A DNA stretch of 64,000 nucleotides from positions 5,942,201 through 6,006,200 of the forward strand of contig NC_092670.1 in NCBI RefSeq assembly GCF_964355755.1, read 5' to 3'. The DNA is from Antedon mediterranea (taxonomy: Eukaryota; Animalia; Echinodermata). A model generated the notes under the pieces. That model was not told the DNA's origin, did not search any database, and was given only the letters and a program-made list of their open reading frames with translations. The position numbers and the translations under genes were made by a program. Shown piece by piece: positions 51,301-64,000 of the stretch. Numbering within the stretch: the first letter of the stretch is position 1; every line of letters begins with the position of its first letter.

Positions 51301-54300
51301 TGACGGATGATAGTTATTAAAGTCCGTCCGTCAGGTGTCGATTCACGATCTACGTGTATAATAATAATAATCCATCATAATAATTTATTTTAATTTATAT
51401 TACTTTTATTTATCTAATAAGTTGCCCCATAAAAAATTACCATAATATCAACAATACATCCGTCAATAATGTCATCAATAGTAATAGATCCGTTGTTTAT
51501 TGCCTTCGAGCAAACTTCATAAGTAGTCGAGTTCGACAAAGTTTCTGTGCAAAGTTTCCTTACGTATTCTTCAGTCAATCCACTAGGAGTAGGAAATGTC
51601 GGGACCTAAATCGTTAAAAACAAAACTGATAATCATAAAACCATAATTGATTCAACGTTTCGTTATCAAAGATCCATTCAATCAAATAAATAATAATTCG
51701 GTGAAAGCTGGGACAACAATCAAATGTTTGGATTGTTGTCTCGGGTAAAAGAAAAACTATGTGTACCATTTGCACTAATAAACATTCATTATTTGTAAAA
51801 TGTTTCTAGAATATACTAGAATATACATAGTATAAGTATAATTTGGTAGTGGTCTTACAGAACATGCCTATTGAATTTTGTTAATCAGTTTATTGATAAA
51901 ACAAATAAAAAAGGAAAAATCTGTATTCTCAGTGATACATACTGATGAATAAAGATCTCATTATACAATAGTCTCGCGTCAATGCCTGCACAAAATCCAT
52001 CTAAGTTTTCAACATTTTATAGTATACACTTGTGTAAGAATGGAAGAAAGATATTGTAAATCAGTTTTGGTTTCGTTCTTTATGAATACATTTTCATATA
52101 AGGCCCTTTTCTCAAATGCAATATTCATTTTTACAGGTAAATGATCGGTCGATACCAAAACTAAAAGCCTACCTGTGGCACAAAATTAGGATCACCGTTG
52201 AATGGAGTGAATTCGTAATTTCCTGCTACATCATCAAGATCTATATCCTCTACTTCTCTCTTTTTTCTTCCTACATCGTTGTCCTCATCATTTTTAGTAC
52301 CACATTCTAGATTATTGTCTTTGGCGTCAAGTCCATTGCAGTAACCACAATCAAAACCATTCTCTCCACATGTACAGTAACTTTCTATTGGATATGAAGT
52401 GTCAGTGTACAGCTTGCCTAGGAATATATTTTCTTCGTCACTAACTCTAAGAAAAATAAATACCATTATTAATAGACCTACTCAGTTGCATAAACATGAT
52501 TCATTATTCTCAATAGTACCGGTACCATGAATTGTAAAATTACGCTTCTAAAATCTTAATTCTTTTTTACATTCTTTCTTGGAGATCCAAGAAACATTTA
52601 TTATATATGGCCTTTGGCCCAAATAATATACAATGTAATACAATATTAAATAAATATCAGTTGAGTGCGTTTAAAAATTCTGTTCTACGTTTAAATGAAA
52701 AAAATAAATATTTTCCAAGTTTAACAATAAGATCAGTATTTGTGGCAGACATAAGATAAATATATTTTAATTTAGTTGGGTTGTTTGTATAAAAGGAAAA
52801 CATATATTTAGTTCTAATATCTGAATAAAATGGACAAACTAAAGTGAAATGATATTCATCTTCAATTGATTGTAAAGCACATAATTTGCATAATCTTTCA
52901 TTTCTATTTATACAATTCCATCTTCCTTTTTCAATTTCTAATTCTAAAATTCCTAGTCGTATCTTAGTCATAATTTGTCTATGTTTGTAATTTGTTACTT
53001 TTGTTAGATATTCTTCAATCCCAAACTTATATTTAACGTGCTTGTAATATTGGAGCTTAGAGTGTAGCCTAGTATCTTCGTAGAATTTCTGTCGTTCAAT
53101 GTCTGTAAGCCTTTGTTTAAAATTTGAAATAAAAGTATATATATTATTAACCTGTTGTGAGTACCATATGTTACCAAATCCATTTATGCATAGTATTTGT
53201 TTTACGTCATTGGCCCAACATTGCTCATTTCTTTGAGCTTTTCTATATTGAAAATCATAACATTGTTTAATAAATTTGTCATTATCCATTTGGATTTAAT
53301 AGAATTCACTATAATAATATTTAACTGCAAAAAAACGTGTTTGTACGTGATTGGAGACACAATCAAAATTACACTAATTCCGTGGCGAACATATCGTGAT
53401 TCATCAGCGACCCAAGTAATCTACAATCACAATTTTGGCACACTTTTAAGTTGATTAATTTAACTAAGAAGCCCCATGTGTCTCAAGGAATCATCAATAT
53501 GTTTCCTTACCTCCAACTATCGTAAAATTCACTCGGAGTATTTCAACTATTCGTAGTCTGTTCGCATTTTTCTAAATTTGTACATGTATAATTGGGAACA
53601 CCGGGATGTCCGTGCTGTCCATCGTTTGTTTTGTCGTTTATTACATTTCACAAAATAAGACTTATGAGTTTACTTACTTCCAACTATTATAAAATGTCGA
53701 TGAAACCCCATCTGTGTTTGTAATAGGTGGTTCGCATTCTGTGTTTCCACATTCATAGTCAGGATCAGGACCGTAGTGACCATCGTTTGTTTTTTCGTTA
53801 TCAAAGTTACCGCACAAACCTTTGACGTTATCAAAATCATCCCATGATCCGGTTAAATATACGTTTAAATAGTTTCTCCAAAGACTAATTTTTATGATGG
53901 ATCCCGTTGGAAGAAATACCTATAAAATAAAACATAAAAATATATTTTTTTTAATTTAGTGTATAAATAGAGGTACCAAATGATCTAATTAGATATGAAG
54001 AACAAATTGGCTTTTGAAAGTGCGCGGCCGTTAAGGGAGGTGGCCGCTTACGGGAGGTGGCCGTTCACAGAGGTTCAACTGTAGTAATACATACAAATAG
54101 AGTTGCGCATTCTAGAAATATACGATTCTATAAAGTACCAATTTATTAGTAATGAATTTAATAAAGATCACTGTAAATTATAAATGCCAAAATTGCAATG
54201 CAATACTGAAAACAAACTGAAAATAAAGCCTGATGGTCTCAATAATGAGAATAGCTAACAAAACAAGTAACAAGTATCTTACCTTGTAATGCTTATCTGT

Positions 54301-57300
54301 ATATACAAGAGATGTGCCCGGAGTTCTTTCGCCATCTTTTAAGATGTCAGCAATAGTCACTTTCCTGTTGGCAGGAGTTCGTATCTCTTTCACCACTCCA
54401 TCATGAGTTGCTTTAAATATTGTAAAAGTGTTATCGTGATCTGTGCATCGATCAACAATTAAATGAGTGTGACCAACTTGAACAGCAACTCCACATGTGC
54501 ACGATACAGGTCGTCGTCCGCACTCTTTCAATCTAGTCTGAACCTGAGAAAATAACATTTCAGTAGAACTATTGGTATCGTTGCTGTTGCTACTGTGTTG
54601 GTATTGTTGCTACTGCTGTTGCAGCTGCCGATATTGTCACTGTTCTGCTTCTGTCGCTGCTGCCGTTGCTTTTCAAATAATGTTACTTATGACAGGCCCT
54701 GGGCCTAGGAATGAGGATTTAGTTTGAGAATGCGATGTTTTAGTGGCATTATTAGTATTGACCTTTTGATTTCAATTATTTAAATTAGTTTAAATTGTAG
54801 TTACCTTTATAGGCAAACTGTTATGCTCGTAAAATATGAAGTCTCCAATTCCATAAAGGTGATAATACCTGTATACAAAGTGGCATGAAATTAAGATAAA
54901 ATAAATTTAAATGGGTTTAATAGTTAAATATATTCACATATTAAGTATTAGCTATACAGTAATAGTATATTTGCTTATTGTTTGGTTTCCACATACAGTA
55001 CTTCTTTTACATATTAATACCAGGTTTATTCATCAGATCTATATCACAATTACCATTTAGGTATGAAAGAGAACGCCTTTAAAGTAAAAGTTGATTCTAA
55101 CGAACAATTTTATTAAACAATGAATTCGTCCCTTTGACGAAAAATAAGTGATAATATATTCGTTATTAAAGATATTTTTCAGAAAATTAGGAGGATATTA
55201 AGAGGATTGAGCTGGAGAGCTTTAACAAGACATCATGATGGACCAATCAAGTGGCGGTCGTATGTCGTTATTTGACATTTAAGGGTTATGAAAATAAGAG
55301 GAATTTATGAAGAACAAATATCAACGAGTTTGAGTTCAGATTCTCGCGCAAAAAGAAACATTAGATAATTTTGAAATTTGAAGATCATTGAAATTGAAAA
55401 ATTTAAGGTATACAATCGACACCCACAAACATATATAGAAATATTAAAGAAGAAAAAAAAATATCAAAGATTTTGTTCTATAAAAATAGAGGATAGTCAA
55501 CATTATTATTATTAAATTAATTATTTAAGAAAAACAACGTTGAAATGTGTTTATTAAATAAAGGGAATGTATTATAGAATAAACTCTCCAGTGAACTTAC
55601 AGACGCCACAAATGTTTATATGTTCACGAAAGTTAACAGCAATGTCTACTAGAAAATTATATAAACATTTAAAAATGTGTAAACCCATTATCAAAAAGGA
55701 GAAATAATTAAATGGTTTATTCTGTAGATAAATCATTGTTAGTTAAAGATTGAAAAAAATATTCATCGACAAAATACCATGTCGCGGCGCCTATGCTAAT
55801 ACACTGTGGTGTTTTTTCGGTGGTCTTTAAAAGGTGGAAAAAATGTTTTCAATCATACAGTTATGTAGTCCAATATTTTAAGAAAATTTTACCGTAACTT
55901 ATTTTCTCATACGATCCTCTGTTCAGGAGGTACGTTTTTAAATTAACATGGTGTCCTGAAATCTCCTGAAAACGCTGTTATTTTTGTTTTTTTACGCTCG
56001 TCTGGTCACGACTGTTTGTCATCTCTGCAAGATGGCTTCCGTAGCACGAATATCTTGACATAGAACATTATTTTCAGAGGACAATATCTCTCAAGATAAT
56101 ATTATATCAATAATTATTAACATCAACAAATGCTAATAGACACTAATTATAACACGAAGAATAAATTATTGATAGAAAAACCTACCATCCGTCAAACGTT
56201 GTGTAATGTGGATCTCCCGTTGCAACACACCGCTTCGGTTCCACGCCTTTTGCAATTATCTTTTTTAAAATGTATAGATGAAGTGTGTTATATAATAGAC
56301 AACATATAGTACAAGTAAGCTTGTAGAATTTATAAGGTCAAACCACAGCAGAATTAATTAACCAAAAATATAATGGTGACAATCCATCTGTAAGGTGAGA
56401 TGAATGATGATGACCTGAACATTCAAGAATCACTCTTAACATTAAAGATGTAAAATACATGAAAAAATGAATATTATTAAAATCAAATTTTGAATAGGCC
56501 ATTTTGTAGTTTTTATAAAGTTTTATCACTTCCGCAGAAAACAAAATTTATTTTAACTTTTAAAAAGACAAAACAAACATTAACCCATTGACTGGCAGCC
56601 AATTTGACTAATTTTTTTTATTTGCTTTAAATTTCGGTTTTTTCTATTATAGAACATAAAAATTGCATATTCAACAAAAACAATTTGAAAAAAAAAGTAT
56701 TTGTTCAGATGGACATTATATCTTTAACAACAATAACATACTTAACGTTTTTGTGATAAAGTTAAAACAAATAATGTTCTTGAGTGAGTTAAACCACCTT
56801 GTTACAGCCAGGCCTGCTTTGTACATACTTTGAAAGTTGGGAAGTTTGTTGTGCCAGATTTCCATATATTGCTGACCATATTAAACGTGGTTACATCACC
56901 CTCAAATTTGATGTAGTTAGCTCTGTTTAAGTAATTGATGACAATATCCTTAGTTCCTGAGATACTAAAAGTTGCTGGAAAATCATTGGTTATTTTCTTA
57001 TGACATGATGCTCTTACAGTTGCACCTTCCCCATTTGTTTCAGCTTTTATTACTACGTTGACCTCAGGGCAATAACCATTTCGCTGGCAAAATATATGAT
57101 ATGAACTTCCTCCAACAATCGGGATTGTTGACGACACTTTGAATTCAATTACTTCATTTACACCGATTACAAATTCAACTGTGTTATTTGGTTCAATCTT
57201 TAGAAGAAAACAAATCAATTTTCTTTTTGATACAAATTGAATTGATTATCAACTAAAATTGTTTTAATTTATATCTTTCGTAAAAGCAAAAATGAAATGA

Positions 57301-60300
57301 ATGAAAAATAATTGATATGATATAGGTAAATAGTAAAAGTATCATTGACTCCAAAAGATCATCCCACCCCCCCCCCCCCACCTCTTATTTATTTATACTA
57401 TAAACTTTAGTTATCGTAGGGCAGAATTAATTTAATTATGTTGCATAGTGAACAAAGCCATCTTTTGCTTTCTGTCCTATAATACTGTCAGCAATGACAA
57501 TGACAAATTATGTCCTGTGCCTTATTCTCTGCTAGTTTTTGCAAAAATTAACAGAATAAAGAAACATGCTCATTCACAACAATAATTTAAAAACAGTTGT
57601 AAGAACAATATACTCACCATCAAACCCGCATAGAACGTAGTACTTCTTACGGGAGGTGAAAACGCGTCTTGATATTTGAATCTGAGACTAACCTCACATT
57701 GGATCTAATGAACAAAGAAACCCGTGCATTAAGAATTATACATTGGAAGTAAGTTCATATATGTCGTATTAAGGCATATGTTATACATTTTCTAGTTCAA
57801 TACTTACGTATGAACCAAGTTTGTTGTTAAGGATACACTGATGAGGTTGGCCTCCTCCTGAGCATCCTGTCGTGCCTACGTCATACTCGTCACTAATTCT
57901 ATGTTGGTTTATTTGTTCGTAAACCTTTTCGTCGTTTATATACCACCGTACGAAGAAATCAATCATATCGAGGGATTCCTCGTGGTTTATGTTGCAGAGT
58001 GCTGAAACACCTCTGTCCTCGGCTTTAAAAGTCACTATCGGCTCATCGTTAAATGTTGGAAAAACATCTGATTTGTAATGTTAACATATATTCTTGTGAG
58101 ATTAGTCAAAATAAATAAACCTTTCAATAAGACTCTTACATAGCAGAATTACGTGGATTGCAAATTATGATGAAATAGAAAACATTTACTACGAAACTGA
58201 AGAAGCGGAATTGCAAATTAACTTCTCAGAAAGATTGTATAATTATTTTTCATATTTTATAATTTAAAAAATGGCTGCAGCGTAGATTTAAGAATTGATA
58301 AAGATAAGAAATTCTACCAGAGGAGAAATTGGATTCTTCTGTGTGATATGCTTACATTTAGGCCTACAGTTCGGCCATTCCAGGACATGTTTGGTAAGGT
58401 TTGATACAAATATAAATTAGCTGTAGCTTTGCATGTCTCGCCTAAAAGGAGGTAAAACTTACCATCACATGGTGGAAAACCAGTTGATGTCAAATTATTA
58501 GCACATGGTAAAAGAGAATCTTAAAATAAACAAGAAATATTACTTACAAAAAACGACTTTTTGACTTAACAGATTTAATTATTGTTCTTTCTTCAGTAAA
58601 TGATCTATTATTCTCTAGGTTCTAAGGTTTTGTAGTGACCCACACAATAAACAACATACATTTTAGACTTTCCCCGAGAACGTTCGTCGTATAGACGCCG
58701 ACAAACGTACTCACTTTATCTACCTAACTATTGCCAAAATAAAATAGTGACACCAATAGAGGAATTAGATTGTTTTAACCATTATTCGTCGATATTTTCT
58801 GACGATATTATACCCGACCTCCGTTGACAGCCAAAACGAAGTAATTGTTTATTGAACATGGTCTTACAAACATCTCATAGACTATCTTGTCCAAGGAGTG
58901 CGTTGAGTGTGCGTTTGAGTTTAAAAATTCCTATTTAAACTCTCTCCCCAGTCGTGCTTTTTTTCTGTTCTCTTTTTTCAGTCTTATAAACTATAAGTTT
59001 CCGCGTGATACAGTTTCCTAATGATTCCGTTCTCATGAGTATACCTGCCTATCGGCGCGGCGCGAAAAAAACGAGAATTATTTATAATATCAAAGCGTTT
59101 TTATTGGCTTTGTTCACATTTTGTTTAGTATTTCATAAGCTCTTACCTGTGCAGTATGCCATTGAAGTTCCCGGCGTATCTGTGAGATAATGAACAAAAT
59201 ATAATTCTGATTCCATAGAACAAGCTTTAATGCAAAGATCAATCAAATATTTACAATCCTCTTCGAATGTATGTACACAGCCAGTGACACTTTTTACGTC
59301 GTCTCCAAGTTCTGGATATATACCTATAGAATTTGATAAATTAGATATGGTTACTATCTCTCTACAGTTGACAGGACACCCCGTCGTCAGCCGATATAGG
59401 GACGCATTTCATCGGAGTTCTCAATACAAGGTAATTCTCTATTTTTCAGGCACTAAAGTTTGTTTCACTAAATCGTTTAAGATCAAAACTTGAAGACTAT
59501 ATTTTGTTTTCTTTTAGAAAATAACTCAAATTAAGAAACTTTGTTAAAGAACTAGTATGTTATTACAGTTTTACTCAATACTAAATTACGGTAGGCGTAA
59601 TCCATAACTTTAAGCCAGAAAAATTAAATTTAGCAAAACGATTTGCATTATTACATTTCATTCCCATATGCACAATTTTATGAGTAACATTTTTCGAACT
59701 CAAAATACTCCCAGCTAAGGTGCATGCCTAGAATATTATAAGATGTTATTACCTTATGTAATGAATATTCATGTTTCCCAACCCTAACATTTAATTTCTC
59801 TCGTAGTTTACGACACTAACCCTCTAACTATCTCTCCAAAACAATGATATTAATATTATGATTAATAAATGTGTCTCATTAAATAACAAACCATCAATCC
59901 ATACTGGATATAAAGTTCCACATTTAAACAATCCTGGTGAAGAGGTTGGCATTCTAATATCTAGCCTATCACCCTCATTTCTAATCTTGTACCAGCCGTC
60001 CTGTATAAAGTCATCAGATATTATGATTTCCGATCCTGTATCATACAGCTTACTGCGATGCCAGTCTGTAAGCACAAGGGGAGTATCACATGGTTCACCC
60101 TCAGTTGCCCGACAGTTTTCGTTCCCTATGAATATAAAATATAATGACAAGCTTACCCGAAAGATTTTTTAATTGAAATAAATTATTAGGTTCTTCATAA
60201 TCCTCACAGCTCAATAACTTATGTAATAACACTATAACAAAATAACAATAGTCTTAAAACAATTAAAATTACCCAGTATAAATAAATAACAAAACAAGTG

Positions 60301-60527
60301 TCCGCTTAGCGGTTAACAATGATTTGATTTGAATTTATTAGGAAAATCATCATAAAAAATACATACAAAGTGATAACATAAATTACTGACATTACAAATA
60401 ATACTTTTATAAGAGATTTTCCAGGATAACAATGTCAACTAATTAAAAAATGATATTAGAACATTACTATACCGTTTGCGGAAATAACAATTGATAAAAT
60501 CCAAATAAACTTTATAAACAATTTCAT
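42314..60527 (-). CDS. Gene C: VWDE-like surface protein; 3' end ambiguous (GPI-like stop at 43050, or TM plus tail to 42314)
   Basis: Predicted exons: 60527-60473 (MKLFIKFIWILSIVISANG), 60125-59892, 59323-59147, 58519-58463, 58067-57808, 57704-57618, 57197-56829, 56259-56186 (CVATGDPHYTTFDG), 54868-54805, 54543-54283, 53919-53678 (KGLCGNFD), 52446-52173 (RKKR), 51605-51441, 47838-47464 (EGF), 47320-47063, 46228-46114, 46014-45667, 45083-44550 (mucin), 44352-44300, 44119-44016, 43538-43330. These are followed either by 43168-43050 (hydrophobic tail plus stop, about 1477 aa) or by the TM exon 43049-42830 (acceptor mutated), 42692-42580 and a last exon ending at 42314. Confidence 0.82.
46247..46793. 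mobile_element. Kolobok-type MITE
   Basis: TIRs agatgtattgtccctt / aagggacaatacatct with TTAA on both sides. Empty site in paralog B at about 17610. Confidence 0.85.
47850..51135 (+). mobile_element. Near-complete ORF2 of an L2-clade LINE (APE endonuclease plus reverse transcriptase), antisense in intron 13 of gene C
   Basis: APE motifs LNARSL, VSETWL, GGGVG, IYRPP, GDFNIH and SDH (ORF 48007-49152). RT motifs LDLSAAFDTVDH, VPQGSVLGP, YADDTQ and L2-typical LHWLPV..RI.FK (ORF 49546-50769). (TTA)n tail at about 51121-51133. The frame breaks lie in A/T homopolymers. The 5' boundary is approximate. Confidence 0.92.
52590..53300 (-). mobile_element. 5'-truncated LINE 3' end (RTE-X-like, C-terminal zinc knuckle)
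   Basis: ORF 52657-53289 has LEIEKGRW...RLCKLC...IEDEYHFTLVCPFY, followed by a short 3' UTR with aataaa. Confidence 0.7.
53511..53638 (-). pseudogene. Relic 3' half of the original VWD exon 11 of gene C
   Basis: Translates NDKTNDGQHGHPGVPNYTCTNLEKCEQTTNS*NTPSEFYDSW. Retains a phase-2 GTAAG donor and has no acceptor. Homologous to the functional NEKTNDGHYG...FYNSWK just upstream. Confidence 0.8.
54020..54083. mobile_element. Tc1/pogo-like MITE terminus
   Basis: Repeated gaggtggccg units ending in gaggttcaactg|ta. Only one end is visible. Confidence 0.45.
54578..54672. repeat. Degenerate (GCT/GTT)n trinucleotide low-complexity tract
   Basis: tcgttgctgttgctactgtgttg...gctgctgccgttgct. Confidence 0.6.
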
Positions 60528-63500
60528 TTTGTAAACAATTCGGTATAATTGTTATAAACAACAAATAAAACTAATGTCGTTTTCTCGAGTTCAAATTGTG
60601 TGTAACTATAAATTTTGCAAACGTCCAGTTATATACATACAAGTGACGCATGCGTAGTAAGAGTTATTCATTGTCACGTTAACTCAAAACTGGATACCGC
60701 TTCTAAAAGCACGATCAACAATTTTAAATCTATAAACAATTATTGTTATGCACTTCACTTTAGCTTGTTGTTTATGTCTGTTTCTTAGAAACGATTTCCT
60801 TCAAACATTATCAACAATACCGATAACGATGGAAAACAATTATCATTGCTAAATTGATTGATTCCCGTTTATAACTAATAATATAAACTAAAAATTGCTT
60901 AAATGTCACACTTGTATACTCGATGGTAGATTTACAAAAACCATTAGAATATAACAATAATCTAAGATAATAAACCAGCAAATTTTGCTTAAGTTCAAAT
61001 TTACATAGTTATATATCTTTGTTTGTTTTTTTGTTGGTGACAAAAACAAAATCAGGGTAATTTGTTTTACTTATGACAACATACTCTAATAAGGTGGTTT
61101 TTGGAATCTGTTTGCAGATATACAATAATTATTAAAATTAAACATAACATACTAATCTTTTAAACTTCTAGACTTTTTATTCGATAAAATCTTCCAAGAA
61201 ATTATAATTTATATATTTTTCTTGATCTAAAGTTACATCAGTAAATACAATTCCCTTCGTAATTCTTATTGTTATCAACAATAGCTTTGTTCATTTAAAG
61301 TATATTTGTTCTGCCTACCGTATATTGGTTAACAATGTACCCGTGTGCGTAATTGTTGTCTTAAAGATGTTGTTTTCTATAAGCATCAAATAACTTTTGT
61401 TATCATTTAAACGAAGTGTCATTCACCGGTGGAATGACATAATTCTACTAATTTGGGAAATTCTTCCTTTTCTACCACATCTAATCCGTTGAGAAAAACA
61501 ACACGAAACGTTTTTGTTACGGTTCATTATAGTTTACCAATAAACTACTGAAAAACTGTAGGCTATCTATTTGACTCGATTAGATGAATATCTTAGTGCA
61601 AATAAATATGTACCCAGTGAGGTGTTTTTCTATTCTTCATGCCACTTTCTTGTGTCAAACTGTAGTACATGTAAAATATATTTGTTGGCGCAGTTAGGAG
61701 AATTGAAATAATAAGTGAATAGATATATAATAATGTACAAGTCTATCTTGACTTCGAAGAATTAGGAAAAAACTGTATTTATTTGTAGGCCCTGAATCTC
61801 TTATTTATCTTTTCATATTGTTGTCTGATGAATTGCCTACATCATATTATTTTGTGTAATGCCAATTTTGATTAACTTATTTACCTGAAAATAAGGTAAT
61901 ACTGCTTGTTAGTACATTCTAGATGTTCACAGCAATTAGACTGGTCCAAACCAGATCATTACTACCAACACTTTTTTACCCAAATCGGCGCCAAGATGTC
62001 GGCCACACAATCCTCTCACACTAACATTCACTTGATGTACCAAACGCTTTCCAACATAAGCATTTAGAATGCACGGAGAAATTAGTGTCCTCGAATGATT
62101 CGTGGGCCATTTTAGTTTTAGATGTTTATATTCAACATTTCTTCGCATAGTATAAAATACATGGTTTAAAATTATTCTAGCTCACTATATGTATCATGGT
62201 ATAGGCCCGAACTGTTTAAAACTCTAGGTAAGCACAGTCGTATGCCTAAATGAAAAAAATATGTTATGTGAAAAAAAAATTGCTATACTAGACTGTAGAT
62301 TATCGCATCCCATCAGTTATCTTGTAAATAGGTTTTGTTCATTAAGTAAATATTTGTACGCAAAGATATTTACCATCTTACCTTACACTAGTTTTCGTTG
62401 TAAGAATTGACATCAACAATACTTTTTCATTTGTTAAAAGTAAATATTAGTGTACTGGGAATTACATATATAGTGCTATATGTGTCTAATAATGTTTTGG
62501 GGAATTACCGCATCTATACCAGATATAATACATAAGAGGAAAACATGGACACGTTTATTACTATGTATTGGTTTACAAATAAAGCACTAACAATAGTTGT
62601 TGTGTAGGTCTTTGTTTAACATGGAACATATTGTTGTGTTATTAAAGTGTATTAACTGCTAGCAGCCAGCAGCTAGTTGAACACAGATATTAAGAAACAG
62701 TAAGTAACCAAGTAACCCAATATTGTTATGCAATTAAAAGAATATTATTATGAATTGGTAAAACTGGCATGAAGATATGAAAGCAAAATATTCACTTACT
62801 CAATATTCTATGTGTGAAAGTCGCTGGCAAAGGGAAATTAAGTTATTGACTATAGATTACCTTTAATGAAATATATATTCCAAGAAAACACATGATTTAC
62901 TTTATATACGGTTACACAGTACATATAATTTCTTAGTCATTGTTATCAACATTAGTTGTTCATTAAAAAGTAAAAGTTTGCTGGTTCACATTGGTGATAT
63001 TACTTTACAGATTTCCTAATAAGTGTCATCAACAACAGCTATTGTTCGTCATTTATAAGTAAATGTTAATCTACTTGGAATTAATTGTTATTTCGTATTG
63101 AGTTGATATATCGTAGCCGGAGACCTTATGAAAGTCAAAACAAAGTAGAAATACCGGTACATATATAATAGGTAACCGTTTATTTTGTTACTATTGTAAT
63201 TCAAAGCTTGTACACAAATTAATTTTTCTTATTTATAGGAATTCCAGCAACATGATGTACAGGAGTTAAATCAGATCCTTTTTTGGGTTATAGACGCTTC
63301 ACTTGTCGGAATTTTAAATCAAAGGATCCATTGTAAACAAAGTATGTATTAATGTTAAGGCTTAAAAAAATATTTATAAAAAAACAGAATTTGTTCAAAA
63401 GACTATCAGCATGCTGATATAATACAGTGGACTGTGGACTAGGAACATTAACATTACATGTCTACAGTGCCAATAGAAAATAAATTGCATACACAGCAGT

Positions 63501-63539
63501 TCTCCAATAATAAACTCCTGATAGAAGATGATAATATAT

Positions 63540-63640
63540 CGGACTAGCATGTGATAGGCATGGGTTCAAGCAAGATGTTTTACTCTCATTACCATGTCCT
63601 TCGGTTAGGACGTACATCCAGGATAGTTCTTGCTAGATAT
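63540..63640 (+). mobile_element. Degenerate Deu/Nin-type SINE remnant
   Basis: B-box-like gggttcaagc followed by gtccttcggttaggacgta, similar to the core of the 10050-10265 element. Confidence 0.3.
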
Positions 63641-64000
63641 GTAATTGCCCTAATACATTGGTTTTTATTAGCTTATACATAACATATATGTGTTACATCT
63701 GTGTATATATGTTACATTCCAACTAATATTTCGTATACGGTAACTTAACATAATGTATAAAAAGTGAAACTATACAGTTAGGTATTTTAGCGCCATATTT
63801 ACGTTGTTTGGGTCATGGTAATAGTATATTTAAATCATTATATATTAGAGTATCACAATCAGAACATTAATAATTAATTGTAAATAATATAATTATTAAC
63901 TAGTAATATAACAAAAATGTTGTTTGTGATCATCATAATCAGCATATATAAGCAAAACTTGAAGCTTCCAAAATTTCCTCACCACATTTTCAATCGATAT

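Noticed and set aside
61936-62148. 70-aa minus-strand ORF upstream of gene C
   Set aside because: No similarity to the VWDE-like exons and no recognisable motif. It may be a repeat remnant.

Overview
AT-rich animal genomic DNA, probably an invertebrate such as an echinoderm-like deuterostome (inferred from the repeat content, not proven). There is no prokaryotic content. The window holds a head-to-tail array of three minus-strand, multi-exon paralogs of a VWDE-like (von Willebrand factor D and EGF domain-containing) cell-surface protein family. Gene C (about 42.3-60.5 kb) and gene B (13.3-37.2 kb) are full length: signal peptide, UMOD/GP2/OIT3-type D8C domain, Ig-like region, VWD with GDPH, furin site, EGF, Cys-rich and cadherin/Ig-like modules, mucin stalk, second furin site and membrane anchor. 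Gene A (3.9-7.8 kb) is a mini-paralog with only the D8C head, three tandem mucin exons, a TM segment and a short tail. The array appears to be actively remodelled. B looks like an A-5'/C-3' chimera. About 160 bp of B's VWD exon appear copied into C, leaving C's displaced half-exon as a relic. C has lost the TM-exon splice acceptor and may end in a GPI-like tail. Introns and spacers carry L2, RTE, Daphne/CR1-like and RTE-X-like LINEs (including a nested cluster inside a foldback DNA element), a composite Helitron with a 3-kb internal inverted repeat, Harbinger/ISL2EU- and Kolobok-type MITEs, Deu/Nin-type SINE remnants, and a Penelope-like fragment with a minimal hammerhead ribozyme. All gene models were built by eye from GT-AG sites, phase consistency and paralog comparison.
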